A stretch of 64,000 nt of DNA, from contig NMRA01001027.1 in the NCBI GenBank assembly GCA_002633005.1, positions 4,468 to 68,467 of the forward strand, written 5' to 3'. The DNA is from Phoronis australis (lineage: Eukaryota; Animalia; Phoronida). This document shows, in pieces, positions 51,501 through 61,156 of this stretch. The notes beneath the pieces are model-generated. The model was given only the letters and a program-made list of their open reading frames with translations, was not told the DNA's origin and did no database searches. Within the stretch, counting starts at the first letter, position 1; each line of letters starts with the position of its first letter. The translations under genes and the position numbers were made by a program.

Positions 51501-54500
51501 CGCTAAACAAAGCGCAGTAATGTTATATTCATTGACAATGTGAAAGCAAAAAATTCTACAAATAGGTGACCTTTGCACTAATGATGTACCTTGGGGGCTC
51601 ACGTAGCCTAGATCATGCAGGGTTGTTCCTCAACACCACGTCACAATACTTACTGGATATGGTTCAGTGATTTGCGGCGGGTCATTTTTGCATCAAAACT
51701 CATTCTTAAGAACATTTAGCAGTTTTCAAGGTACTCCATGTTCACATCTTTGCTACATGTTGTGTTTCTAACTAATTTGGCCAGCAATCACAGAGATAAG
51801 TAATTGGCCTGCAAGTTCCACTTTAAGAAGCTAGCTGATTCAAATCTCTTCTGAGTCACGATTGGCCAATAGTGAATGATAATGTCAGACAGGGATCTTC
51901 TGATTCGTGATTGGTTGCGTAGCTTACACAATGACACAGGGCCAAATGCCGCAAGCTGATCATGTTGAAGAGACCTCAGACGAGAGCTATCTCCACCGAT
52001 AAATTTATTCAACCACAGTTTAATCAATTTTGCACAAAAATAGTTGACGAGACTGTTATTCTACATTTTCAGTGCTTTGGTACATTGCTGCAAATACTTA
52101 AAACATGACACCTGTACATTACGGACAAAGATTGCTAACAATGACGCTGATTTTTCATTTTATTTATTATTTTAAAGAAATTTGTGTGGTACAAATAATA
52201 TAAATTCAATGAAAATTAACATTAGACCATGACCAATCGTGAGGTGGCTATGGCAGGCCACTGTATCTTTAAAAAACTTTGCTTGCATGCACTTGTGTGG
52301 CTTTTAAAAAAACACTTCTGATGACGAAGGCAAGCACTTTTTTAAGTTGTGAGACATAGGTTTCAAAATGAGTCAGAGCACAGGTCAGAACCAGCTATGT
52401 GAGCTTTCCACATCTTAACATAAGATCAAAGTACCTCAGATCTGCAACAATATACAATTTCCCCGAAACTAAATGAATGTCCAGATCCAGCTAACCTGAG
52501 GTATGAAAATATTTTCACAGACAACCAAGAGAACCAGTTACAGTTTCATTTTCACCATGCATTCCAGACGCACAGGTGATAGGTTTTACAGCACTTTTGA
52601 TTGTGGTGTCTAAACAAACCTACGTTTTTATTCATGGTTGTAGTGGAGTAAAATTATCTGCCCAGCCTCAATTCTGCGGCAGTGGTAACATTGCTGAAGC
52701 CGAGCTCATAACAATTATCAATTTATCAAAAAATCATAATTATCGTTAGTATTAACAACCTATCAACAAAGTTATCTATAATACCATTGAACAGGTACTA
52801 CAAGGTCTACTAACTAAGCACCAGTGCCAGTGCACAACTCTTTAGCATTGTGAAAGCACAAAAGCGTCTTTCACTTAAACCAAAAAAATTAAATTTCTGG
52901 TATGCAACACTGGCCCAGCTGAGAGGGACAATGCATATTTTCGTTGAGACATTTTGGTGTTAACCGCCTGAAAACACCTGCTGCAAAACAGTGACGATTT
53001 GACCGCACGACAGTCGCAAAGGATAAATAAAATGCTATGAAGAAACATCCACCAGCATTAAATCCGTACGAGAACATGCACGTGTTGTCTACCAACTACA
53101 CTATCCCCACCTAGTGACAAGGCGTATTTCATTACGTCGCGGCTATATGACAAAATGTCTTTTGGTTGACTACAACTCCACATCACTGAAAACCAATTAC
53201 TGAACAAAGCCTTCACAAACACGGGCATTCCAGCAAGATTTTCTTAACGATTAGCTTTGTCACAACCAGACCAAACTAGAAATCAATGTCACCAATGAGA
53301 TGCCTGTTATCCTCTAGTGATTGCATTTATTACCTCAGCTTGCTCAACCACTATGAAGTCTAAATTGAAAATATTGAACACCTGAAAGCCTGAGCCGTTT
53401 TACGTCACAGGTATATTTCAATACCTGTGAGGACATTGAGCCATCAATATTGCAATGCACTTCAGAAAAAATGGCTCATTCTCAGTGATGAACACAAACT
53501 GAGAACGAAGCAGTTGTGGTGATAGCTGAAAATCAAATTTATTTCTTTCCAATGGACATGATTGTTTCACCAATTAAAGAATGCATTCTTGGGTTTAGTG
53601 TTGGATGAACAGAATATTGGAAGTTATTAGCCATGACCAGAGATATAGAATAATGAAATTTATGTTGTTTTTATGATTTTAGTACACCAGTCGGTAATTC
53701 TTGTTGATGTCTGATAAACATTTGCTGAAATCAAGACAATGGATTTTAGCAGTGAAATACACCAAAAACACTGTCATTCATCTTGTGGTATAAGTTTAGC
53801 TAGCAGAGTAGTTGGCTGTGACCAAGAAGGTTGACTTTCAGGTTCAAATTCGCACTGGAACTGACCTCAGCATTTAATCATATTTCTTGCCAATAATTAT
53901 GTCACTTTAAAAACGTTACTTTGCAAGCGCAATACAATGTGCACCATCTCAATGATGATTCATAGACGAGTTCAGTTTGGGTTTGTTCAAGATGGAAATG
54001 ACCCTTCTCATTGAAAAGACAAGTGTGGCTGTCATATACAAAATTGACTGGGAGAGAGCAGTAGGACAAGGGCTTGCACACACCATTAACTTCATTTCTC
54101 CCAATCTGAATTCTTAAGCCATGGCAATAGACACTTGAATGGGTGCTTGAAAACAAATTAATAACGAATAGGACAGCTGGGTAGAGTACCACTCAGTACT
54201 AACTGAATGACATTCACTTCTTTGGACAAAACAAACAATATCAGAATGCTGTCTCATCACTGGAAAGGTCACCTAGACCACATGTGCAAAGACAGTCTAA
54301 AATTTCCTCACATTTTCCTGGTCTACTATATCAATATGTGTGAAGTTCCTGAATGGCTCAAGACCTACATTTTGTTATTTCCTGGTCTGAGTTACACTAA
54401 ACTGGTCAGATTCACTTTCAAAATGTGAACACTATCTACACATCATGGTCTATCACTTAGTAACAAATAAGAAATCTGCTCCTTGGTTTCACATATTCAC

Positions 54501-57500
54501 TGGTTTCACATGAAGGCACAGACATGCACCTGTGTACACCCTGACCGCCTCACACTGGCATACAGGTACATGGTCGAAATACGCGGAAAAACGAAAGATG
54601 AAAAAGGTTTTCACAACTAACGGTAACTTTTTAGAATGAAGTCTGCAGCAGGAATGCACTATGCAGTTAAATAAGCCATACATTTATACGGTGAGAACTA
54701 TATTCGACACCGGCAACAATTCAGCAGCAACAGCTGAAACTAAAATTGAAAGTTAACTGGGTGAAATGCTAACACCTACAATAATCACAGCATGAAACTA
54801 TTCACTGAAAATTCTTGTGCAGTGAAAGCAAAAAGTTCAAGGTGATGTAAGACCTTATGGACAAGTTTGTATTTAAAATACAGAAAAATTGAATCAAATA
54901 CTGGAATTTGCTTATTTGAGTTAGCATACCACAACTGGATGTTGCAAAACTTTCATGTATTTAGCCAAATATATGCAAAACTATAGATTTTAACTCAGAA
55001 AATATATACGTAAGTTTCTGAAAGTAGAAAGCATGTACAATTTTATGTCTGATTTCATACCAATTTGACATTATTTGGGTCATGTCGCTATGTTTTTATC
55101 AAAATTTAGCATAAAACACACATGCATGCATAGTAAAACAATGGCGTCTACAAAATGACCAAATTTTGCTTGATATAAATGTTCAAGATGAAACACCTGA
55201 AAAAACCAGTTAATTTTCTAAATTATTATTGCGTTTTTGTTTTAAGCAACTTTTGAGTTTTCTTAAGTACTATTTTTTTATGGCTCCTCATACAAAAGTG
55301 GAACATTTCAAAATTCCTAACGTGTTTTGGAGAACAGAGCATAAAGTATCTGAAAGTTTCACATGAATCTAATCAACCGTTTTTGAGATAAGACGTTACA
55401 AAGTTTGCCAAATTTTATTGAACAGCTGCCAAATATTGTGAAGCTTCCTAACAGGATGACAAATAAACTTATGACAGCTTCAGACTGCTGGCCAAACAAT
55501 TGAAAGATATCTGGTAACTTTCTAGGTATTTCTGCTTGACACAGATATGTAGAAATTCAGCACTGCCGTTTACCTTGATAAATTGCCAGCAAATTATGGT
55601 AATAGTCGGATATAACGTGCCCGCATTTTGAGAACCAGTTTTCTCCACTGAGTAACGGGCATCAAACTGGTTCTCAAAATGTGGGCACATTATATCTGAC
55701 TATTGCCATAATGGTAATAGTCATTTTAGCATTATCCAGCCATAGTTCATTGTTTTCATAAAAAACAAGCCCACTATTACTGGACTTTGATATAAATAGC
55801 ATCCCTAACCTACTGTATGTTCAACCAGGCCTTCAAAAATATGATGTAAACTAAAAGCTCAGCTCAAAACCAAACACTGATCGTTTTACGGGAATTTCTG
55901 CAAATGGACACTTTCAAATGTACTTCCATCGACCTGCTGGTCTATTTGGAAAAGTATCCGGATCATGTCATACCCTCAGTTTTGTCATACATTATGATAA
56001 TAAGAAGGATATTCCATAGCGGGTTCCAGCTTGGCAACGTTCGTAACCACTGTCACAAGCTGATCATGCTCCCTCTGTGGAGAGTCTGAGAATGAGACAA
56101 CTAAACAGGGAATGACTGACTTTTACCATCAAGTTTCAGAGATAGAAAAGCGAAGGTACGCATGCTGATAAGTGGATGAGAATCGATTTTGCTGATTTTT
56201 TCATGTCCAACATCGGGTAATTAGACAATAAATTGCGACATTATGCGAGTAACTACACACAGGTTTAATGGGAAATGGTTTGAGTTTTTGACATTTCGTA
56301 ACAATAACCGGACTATTCTATTATTCAGTACGACATTAAGAGGGCTCTACTGCATATAAATAAAACTAAGCAAACACCCATTAAAAAGGCTATATTATGA
56401 TTGGTCTTTAAGTTCATAGTCCACCCCTCACGGTTTTTAGAGAACACATCTGGGGAAACAAAAATGCAAAAAATGTACTGTATTCCAAATATACGCCATG
56501 GGGATTCCTTGTCAGAAATTTGTGGACGGACCCATTTGCACAGCTTCTGTACTCATTTTTTGAGGACAAAACACTCGAGAGAACACCTCACTAGGTTTTG
56601 TTAAATTCATACAGACTGTGTAAGCCGTCTTGCTTATGAAATGTGAAGGCTACCGACGACGCAGTAGAGTATTTAGTGAGTGGTGTTCTCAAAAATAGTT
56701 GAGAGGTATGAATAAACATCTACACTGGAAACAGACTGATATTATCAGCCTTTAGTGGGTTTGTAATACTGTGCTACATACAGCAGTGCCCTGATCAAGC
56801 ATATTAGCTGTGGCAATGCAGAGATGCCTACTATTGCCCTTCGTGCCTGTAACCATTGCTAACCATTGCAGATAAATTAAAAACTTATGTTCCGATCATA
56901 ATGTTATATGATAGAATCCAGCAGTGAAAATAAATAGGATAGATCTAGATGTCTTTAATCATAGCACTGCAAACGGTACCTTATTGAAAACATACATCTG
57001 AACTTAACCTTTAAACCCACACACCTTTTATGTAAATAAGTATACCAATATCTGCAGTCTCAACCATGGTGTCACAGCACACTTATTTTTTGTGATAAAA
57101 CCTCACCATCACTGACACTTAAAAGATGCACACAATAATTAGGTTAAGCTGAAATTGCAAACACCAAAATGGAAAAACACAAGTTTTCAGTGGTAAATTT
57201 TTCTAATGTGGCTATAGACAAACTCCATTTGTTCCGGGATTAGAGACATAAATTTTTTTCAGGTGTAATGTTGGAATGCTAACTCATCATGATTAAAAAA
57301 CAAAAGAATTTAGAATTCCACCTCAAAACACAAATCACAAAACAATGATTTTCCAATACGACAATGCATGAGAGAGAGCCAAAGAGAGAATACAAATTTG
57401 TTAACTTATTTACAATTTGCAGATTATTGGCCTACTAAAATGAAACAAATATAGTCATGTGCATATCTAAGCATATGAACGCCAAGGGCAAAGGCAGCTT

Positions 57501-58121
57501 CAATGACTGAGACCACCTTGCAATATAGAGTTAGCAATACAATATCATATATATATGCATATATACATATTATACACAGTTTTAAATTTTTGTCTTATTA
57601 ATTGAATGGTGTGGTAATTTCACATTTTGTACTAAAGCGATTTTAAAATGAATATTTTTACAAGCAACACAAACTAAAACATTGAAATCTCCAGCCCTGC
57701 AGACTCAGCTTTTTAATGAGATTATATCAATTCGTAATCTGCATTGCACCCCCCCCCCCTGAACAAGCGCAAACTATGAATTTCAATATTAACTATAATG
57801 CAGTTGAAAATGTTAGGCCTATTAAAGGAAGCATTCAGTTTACATCGGCGACTTCATCTTATCTTCTTATAAGAGTTAGGACTGCAAAGAGGCTATATAT
57901 CTGACCCCGGCCTCAGTGAGTCGAAAACACAGTACCACAATAGGCTATTTATACAACACTGCAAGGCTAACCTGTCCTACCACTCGTGTAAAAAAGTAGC
58001 TAGAGCAGACATAAGCTGGCGTAAGACTTACCTGAATGCAAAACGCGGAAATAAATAACAAAGACGCAGTGTTCAAAACACCTGTCGCAAACCGCTCTTT
58101 CCAACCACGTCCACTGTTCAT
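27233..58121 (-). CDS. Type I single-pass mucin-like membrane glycoprotein, 327 aa (exons 58121-58032, 46263-45743, 36879-36850, 36162-36123, 27535-27233)
   Basis: Phases join 0/2/2/0. The product reads signal peptide (...LLFISAFCIQ|TVSA-TG), CSCCIPPPELPPFPSPFPC, N-x-S/T sequons, poly-Thr stalk, TM IIIIVVSVSGSGVTLIVIAVLVCI, basic stop-transfer RNRLRHR, and a tail with YENPVF ending STNL. The window is A-skewed across this span, as expected for - strand transcription. The two small exons are less certain. Confidence 0.75.
28704..28862. mobile_element. 159-bp MITE, Tc1/mariner(pogo)-type, TA TSD
   Basis: Perfect 20-bp TIR CCGTAATCGTTCGGGTTAAC, TA on both sides, four internal GGGCGGTTAA motifs; a related single end lies at about 42260-42301. 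Confidence 0.9.
30154..30274. mobile_element. Palindromic MITE family copy
   Basis: Homologous to 55594-55711 (TGGCAATAGTC...AACCAGTTT...AAACTGGTTCTCAAAATG...GCTATTGCCA). Confidence 0.75.
32245..32485. repeat. Old dispersed repeat, homologous to about 55160-55410
   Basis: Shared blocks such as AAATGTTC..GATGAAA, TTTTCTAAATTAT, AAAAGTGGA, TATCTGAAAGTTTCA. Confidence 0.65.
36123..36162 (-). CDS. Membrane glycoprotein 40-nt exon (VHSGNGIRLLAIK)
   Basis: gtttcag|T...AAG|gtaagg; phase 2/0 bridges exactly to the last exon. Confidence 0.6.
36850..36879 (-). CDS. Membrane glycoprotein 30-nt juxtamembrane exon (NRLRHRSSE)
   Basis: tctgtcag|A...AAAG|gtaatt; phase 2/2; supplies the basic residues expected after the TM. 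Confidence 0.6.
37762..40964. repeat. About 1.6 kb tandem duplication (37762-39367 / 39369-40964) split by one N; likely haplotype-overlap assembly artefact
   Basis: Copies align end to end with scattered SNPs and indels; N at 39368; duplicated ORFs appear in the track. Confidence 0.9.
41165..41500. repeat. Degenerate (GTGCATACATA)n-like simple satellite
   Basis: Dense recurrence of TGCAT / AGTGCAT / ATGCA; gives rise to spurious Cys/His/Met-rich ORFs. Confidence 0.7.
45743..46263 (-). CDS. Membrane glycoprotein exon: Cys/Pro tip, Thr-rich stalk, TM helix
   Basis: Acceptor gttctttccag|ACT; donor AG|gtaggt; inside the 203-aa ORF 45739-46350. Confidence 0.85.
45981..48321. repeat. About 1.17 kb tandem duplication (45981-47155 / 47157-48321) split by one N; likely haplotype-overlap assembly artefact
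   Basis: Copies align end to end with about 3% substitutions and small indels; a single N sits exactly at the junction. Confidence 0.9.
47157..47421 (-). other. Second (probably allelic) partial copy of the ectodomain exon, truncated at an N
   Basis: Same acceptor and frame as 46263-45981; ends at the N at 47156. Confidence 0.8.
55594..55711. mobile_element. Palindromic MITE family copy (best preserved)
   Basis: About 50-bp arms ATGGTAATAGTCGGATATAACGTGCCCGCATTTTGAGAACCAGTTT / AAACTGGTTCTCAAAATGTGGGCACATTATATCTGACTATTGCCAT. Confidence 0.8.
58032..58121 (-). CDS. Membrane glycoprotein exon: signal peptide
   Basis: MNSGRGWKERFATGVLNTASLLFISAFCIQ followed by donor CAG|gtaagt; a 5'UTR acceptor (ttgcttctccag) lies at 58228-58230. 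Confidence 0.75.
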
Positions 58122-60273
58122 CGTTGCACAAAAAGTTACTATTTCAACAGTCCGTCTGTTAAAATCAACCGTCACATTTCTGTTTTCTTGACCAATCAAG
58201 AACTTGTAGTGTTGTAAGTTCGGTCACCTGGAGAAGCAAACGAACTAAACCCCAGCAGACGATTTTCTCCGAGTTGTCGCCGTGTGCCCCGATACGAATC
58301 GATACTGAAAGCCCACACTGGAACTGGAAGAGTCTCTTCTATGAAACCCCCAAACTAACTGAGCATAATGTGTTTCAGTCCGTTGATTCAAGTCACGAAG
58401 TAATCGACTGTAAACGCTTGGCGAGTTTCAGCAGTGAGTACCGACAAGGAAGCTTGTTGACAGGTTATCTCAACCCATAGTTATTTCGAGACATGCTATG
58501 TACGTGCTGCCTATGGTGCTGCTTATCTCAACCAGAAGATAACATTGGACGAAAGAGAGTGACGTCTAGCGACGAAAACTAAACTTAGTGACATTTGACT
58601 CACTGTACCGCTGCGTGAACTTGGAATACAGGAAGAAACTTACAATTTCACTCAAATAATCACGTTCACGTTCATAAAAAATTGCACTGCACTATATATC
58701 AAATCACAGGTTAATAAAATAAGGTAAATTTTAAGTATTCACATATCCCTCCGATTCTTTGACACAAGTTTCGGTAAAGAAGAACTTGCCTGTGGGTGAT
58801 CGAAAGCCAATAATTACAATAATTATTTACACTGAACACAATACTTCACTTGATTGCACAAATGAATAATCAATTACAAGTTCAATGCGTACGCGATCTT
58901 GAGATTGAACAGGATTCCAAGTTTACGCACAGCATGACCACCTGCCTGCCAAAACCCTAAAATAACTGCGGAAGTTTGGCCCTTGAACTAACAGACTCGA
59001 TGAGAGGTAAAATATATTAAAGGGGAAAAACAATTTCAACATCGTTCTGTTTTTTAATATTATTCTGCCAGTCGGAGGTCGTCATAAATTTCAAAACTTC
59101 CCCAGTCGTCACGGTTGAGCTTCGCTGTGCCCCCGGGGCTGTCACCTCACGAGTTTCTACAATGCTGTACAAAGATTGGCCTACGCGACTGGCTCCTAAA
59201 TTGCCTCGCAATCTACGGTAGTTCTGTTCATTGCATGATGACGTAAAAACATCGCAGTAGTGGTTCGAGTTCGAACCGAGAACCCTTCGTAAGTCACCCA
59301 GACTCGGCTTTCTGTTCAACTGTCTCGATTCTATCCCTCAATTTATGTTTATTTGCAAACATGTTCGCCATTTCAGTAAAATCAGAAACACGACAAGGCA
59401 ATTGTAAAAATTTGTTGTATTATCCCGCCAGTTAACTGTGTTCCATGAAAAGAGCAGCCAGGCTTATTGTTTTAACCTAATTTATACCGAGATGATAAAG
59501 CGTTACGAAATCCAACATAATAGTCATATGAGTCAGAAACATAGTACCTCCTTTTCTAGGCTACCGTTACCTGATAAAAATCTAAAATTAGCACAATAGG
59601 TAATCCCCAACTAACTTACGGCCGTGTGAGGTCATTGGGTTTTGACGAGTTCCATGACCCCTTCAATAGAATTTCAATTCTGTGACATTAAGACGGTTAT
59701 ACGGCCATCATTACGCAGCAGTAGTCGTTTCAGTACTATCATATCAAATGGAAAAACAAACTTCAGTTCATGCTTGGGACAATAACATGTCAAATATAAC
59801 CCGTGGTGTTTTCATTTGCTTCTGGTTAGTATCTGGACTCAACTGTACGTTACGGCGTGTTACAATTACCCATTTCTAAAAAGTCTCTAGACTGGTCTAA
59901 GGGAATTTGTTGCCGCGGCGCCGAGTACCGGTACTTTACTTGTAGAAAATAGCCAGGCAAAGAACAAACTCGATCGTACAGACTTCAAGCCAGAAACGTT
60001 TTAAAATCTTGTGTTAGGTGGTCACCATTTGCAACTTATAATAAGTGTTCATGGCAGCGTTCCAGGCGCTTTTAAAGATTCGAATTCTAAGCAATAACCA
60101 CCAAAGATATAGACTAAATGCTTCGGATTTCGGAGGGAAATAACCGATACTGAGATGCGCAAAACACATCGACAACTTGGACTTTATCACACATTTACAT
60201 CAGGTTACTTTTAGAACTTATCACCTAAGTTTCCCCGAGTCGTTTGCCTTGCGCACTGAATGCATTGACACAT

Positions 60274-60530
60274 GGAATTTCCCTCAAGAATATTCGAGAA
60301 CGACGCCCAAGAATTCTTCGAAATTACCGTAAACGAATATTATTTATCTGCATCTAATTTACAGTGATGACATGATGTGTTCAGGAGGGTGTCGGGAAAC
60401 AAATGCATAGTCGTTAGTTATAATCAAACAACATATTTTTGACACAGCTGCTAAATTAACAATCTACGATAGGTGACCTCAGGTGACGCAATTTCCACAA
60501 TCTTTGGAAAAACCAAGGTTGGGATTTTCC
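60274..60530 (+). promoter_or_regulatory. Putative immune-inducible promoter of the cGLR: two NF-kB consensus sites, a GAS-like site and ATF/CEBP-like sites
   Basis: GGAATTTCCC at 60274-60283 (reverse complement GGGAAATTCC); GGGATTTTCC at 60521-60530; TTCTTCGAA (TTC-N3-GAA) near 60314; TGACCTCA and TGACGCAA at about 60474-60491. Function is inferred. Confidence 0.5.
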
Positions 60531-60630
60531 ATGCCGTTTATATCAACCTTCCAGTGCTTTAATAGCCATTTAGCAAAATAGTTTTGTAGGTACAAGTCAC
60601 CGGGACGAGGAGCTGAACAAAACGTACAAA

Positions 60631-61156
60631 ATGCCAGCGATATTTTCAAAGGACATGGGAGAACTTGACAATGGCAATGTAAACAGATATTACACCGAAG
60701 TGGTAAAAATGAGCCGTAAAGACACAAAGCGAAGAGTGGCTAAAGTGATGCCCATAATTCAAGAACTCTTGCAGTACATCAACAGTCGCGACTCACGTTT
60801 CGCGAAACAGCCTGAGTGTATCGGAAGCTATTGGCAAGGCTTGAAGATTGAGAAGGCAGATGAATTTGACATAAATGTCGATGTCCTGGGGTGTCCAAAA
60901 TTAGTTTACTGCAAAGAAAAAAAGAAGTTTATCGGTTTCAACGAGGACGTTGACGATCCAGCGCCGATAAGGGACAATCTGAAAATCGTCCGGAAATCAT
61001 CGCCTCTTCCGTCAGCTCCTCCCGGGCATGGGCATATCTACCTGGACGGAGATGGAATGGACGACTGGATTGTGGACGGAGTTCTGATACCGTTTCTTGT
61101 GAAGAGAAAGTTTCACCACCTTCTTAGGGAAGCCATAAGGACGCTAGACCTGCGAG
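60631..61156 (+). CDS. cGLR exon 1 (N-terminal helix, GS loop, E/D catalytic strand)
   Basis: ATG at 60631; ORF MPAIFSK...TLDLR; donor GAG|gtattg at 61157, phase 1. Confidence 0.92.

Noticed and set aside
48737-56090. Extra - strand exon candidates in the first large intron (about 56085, 54147, 50755, 50417, 48915)
   Set aside because: No recognisable domain and inconsistent phases or missing splice sites; the signal-peptide exon already joins 46263 in phase 0 with a sensible cleavage site.
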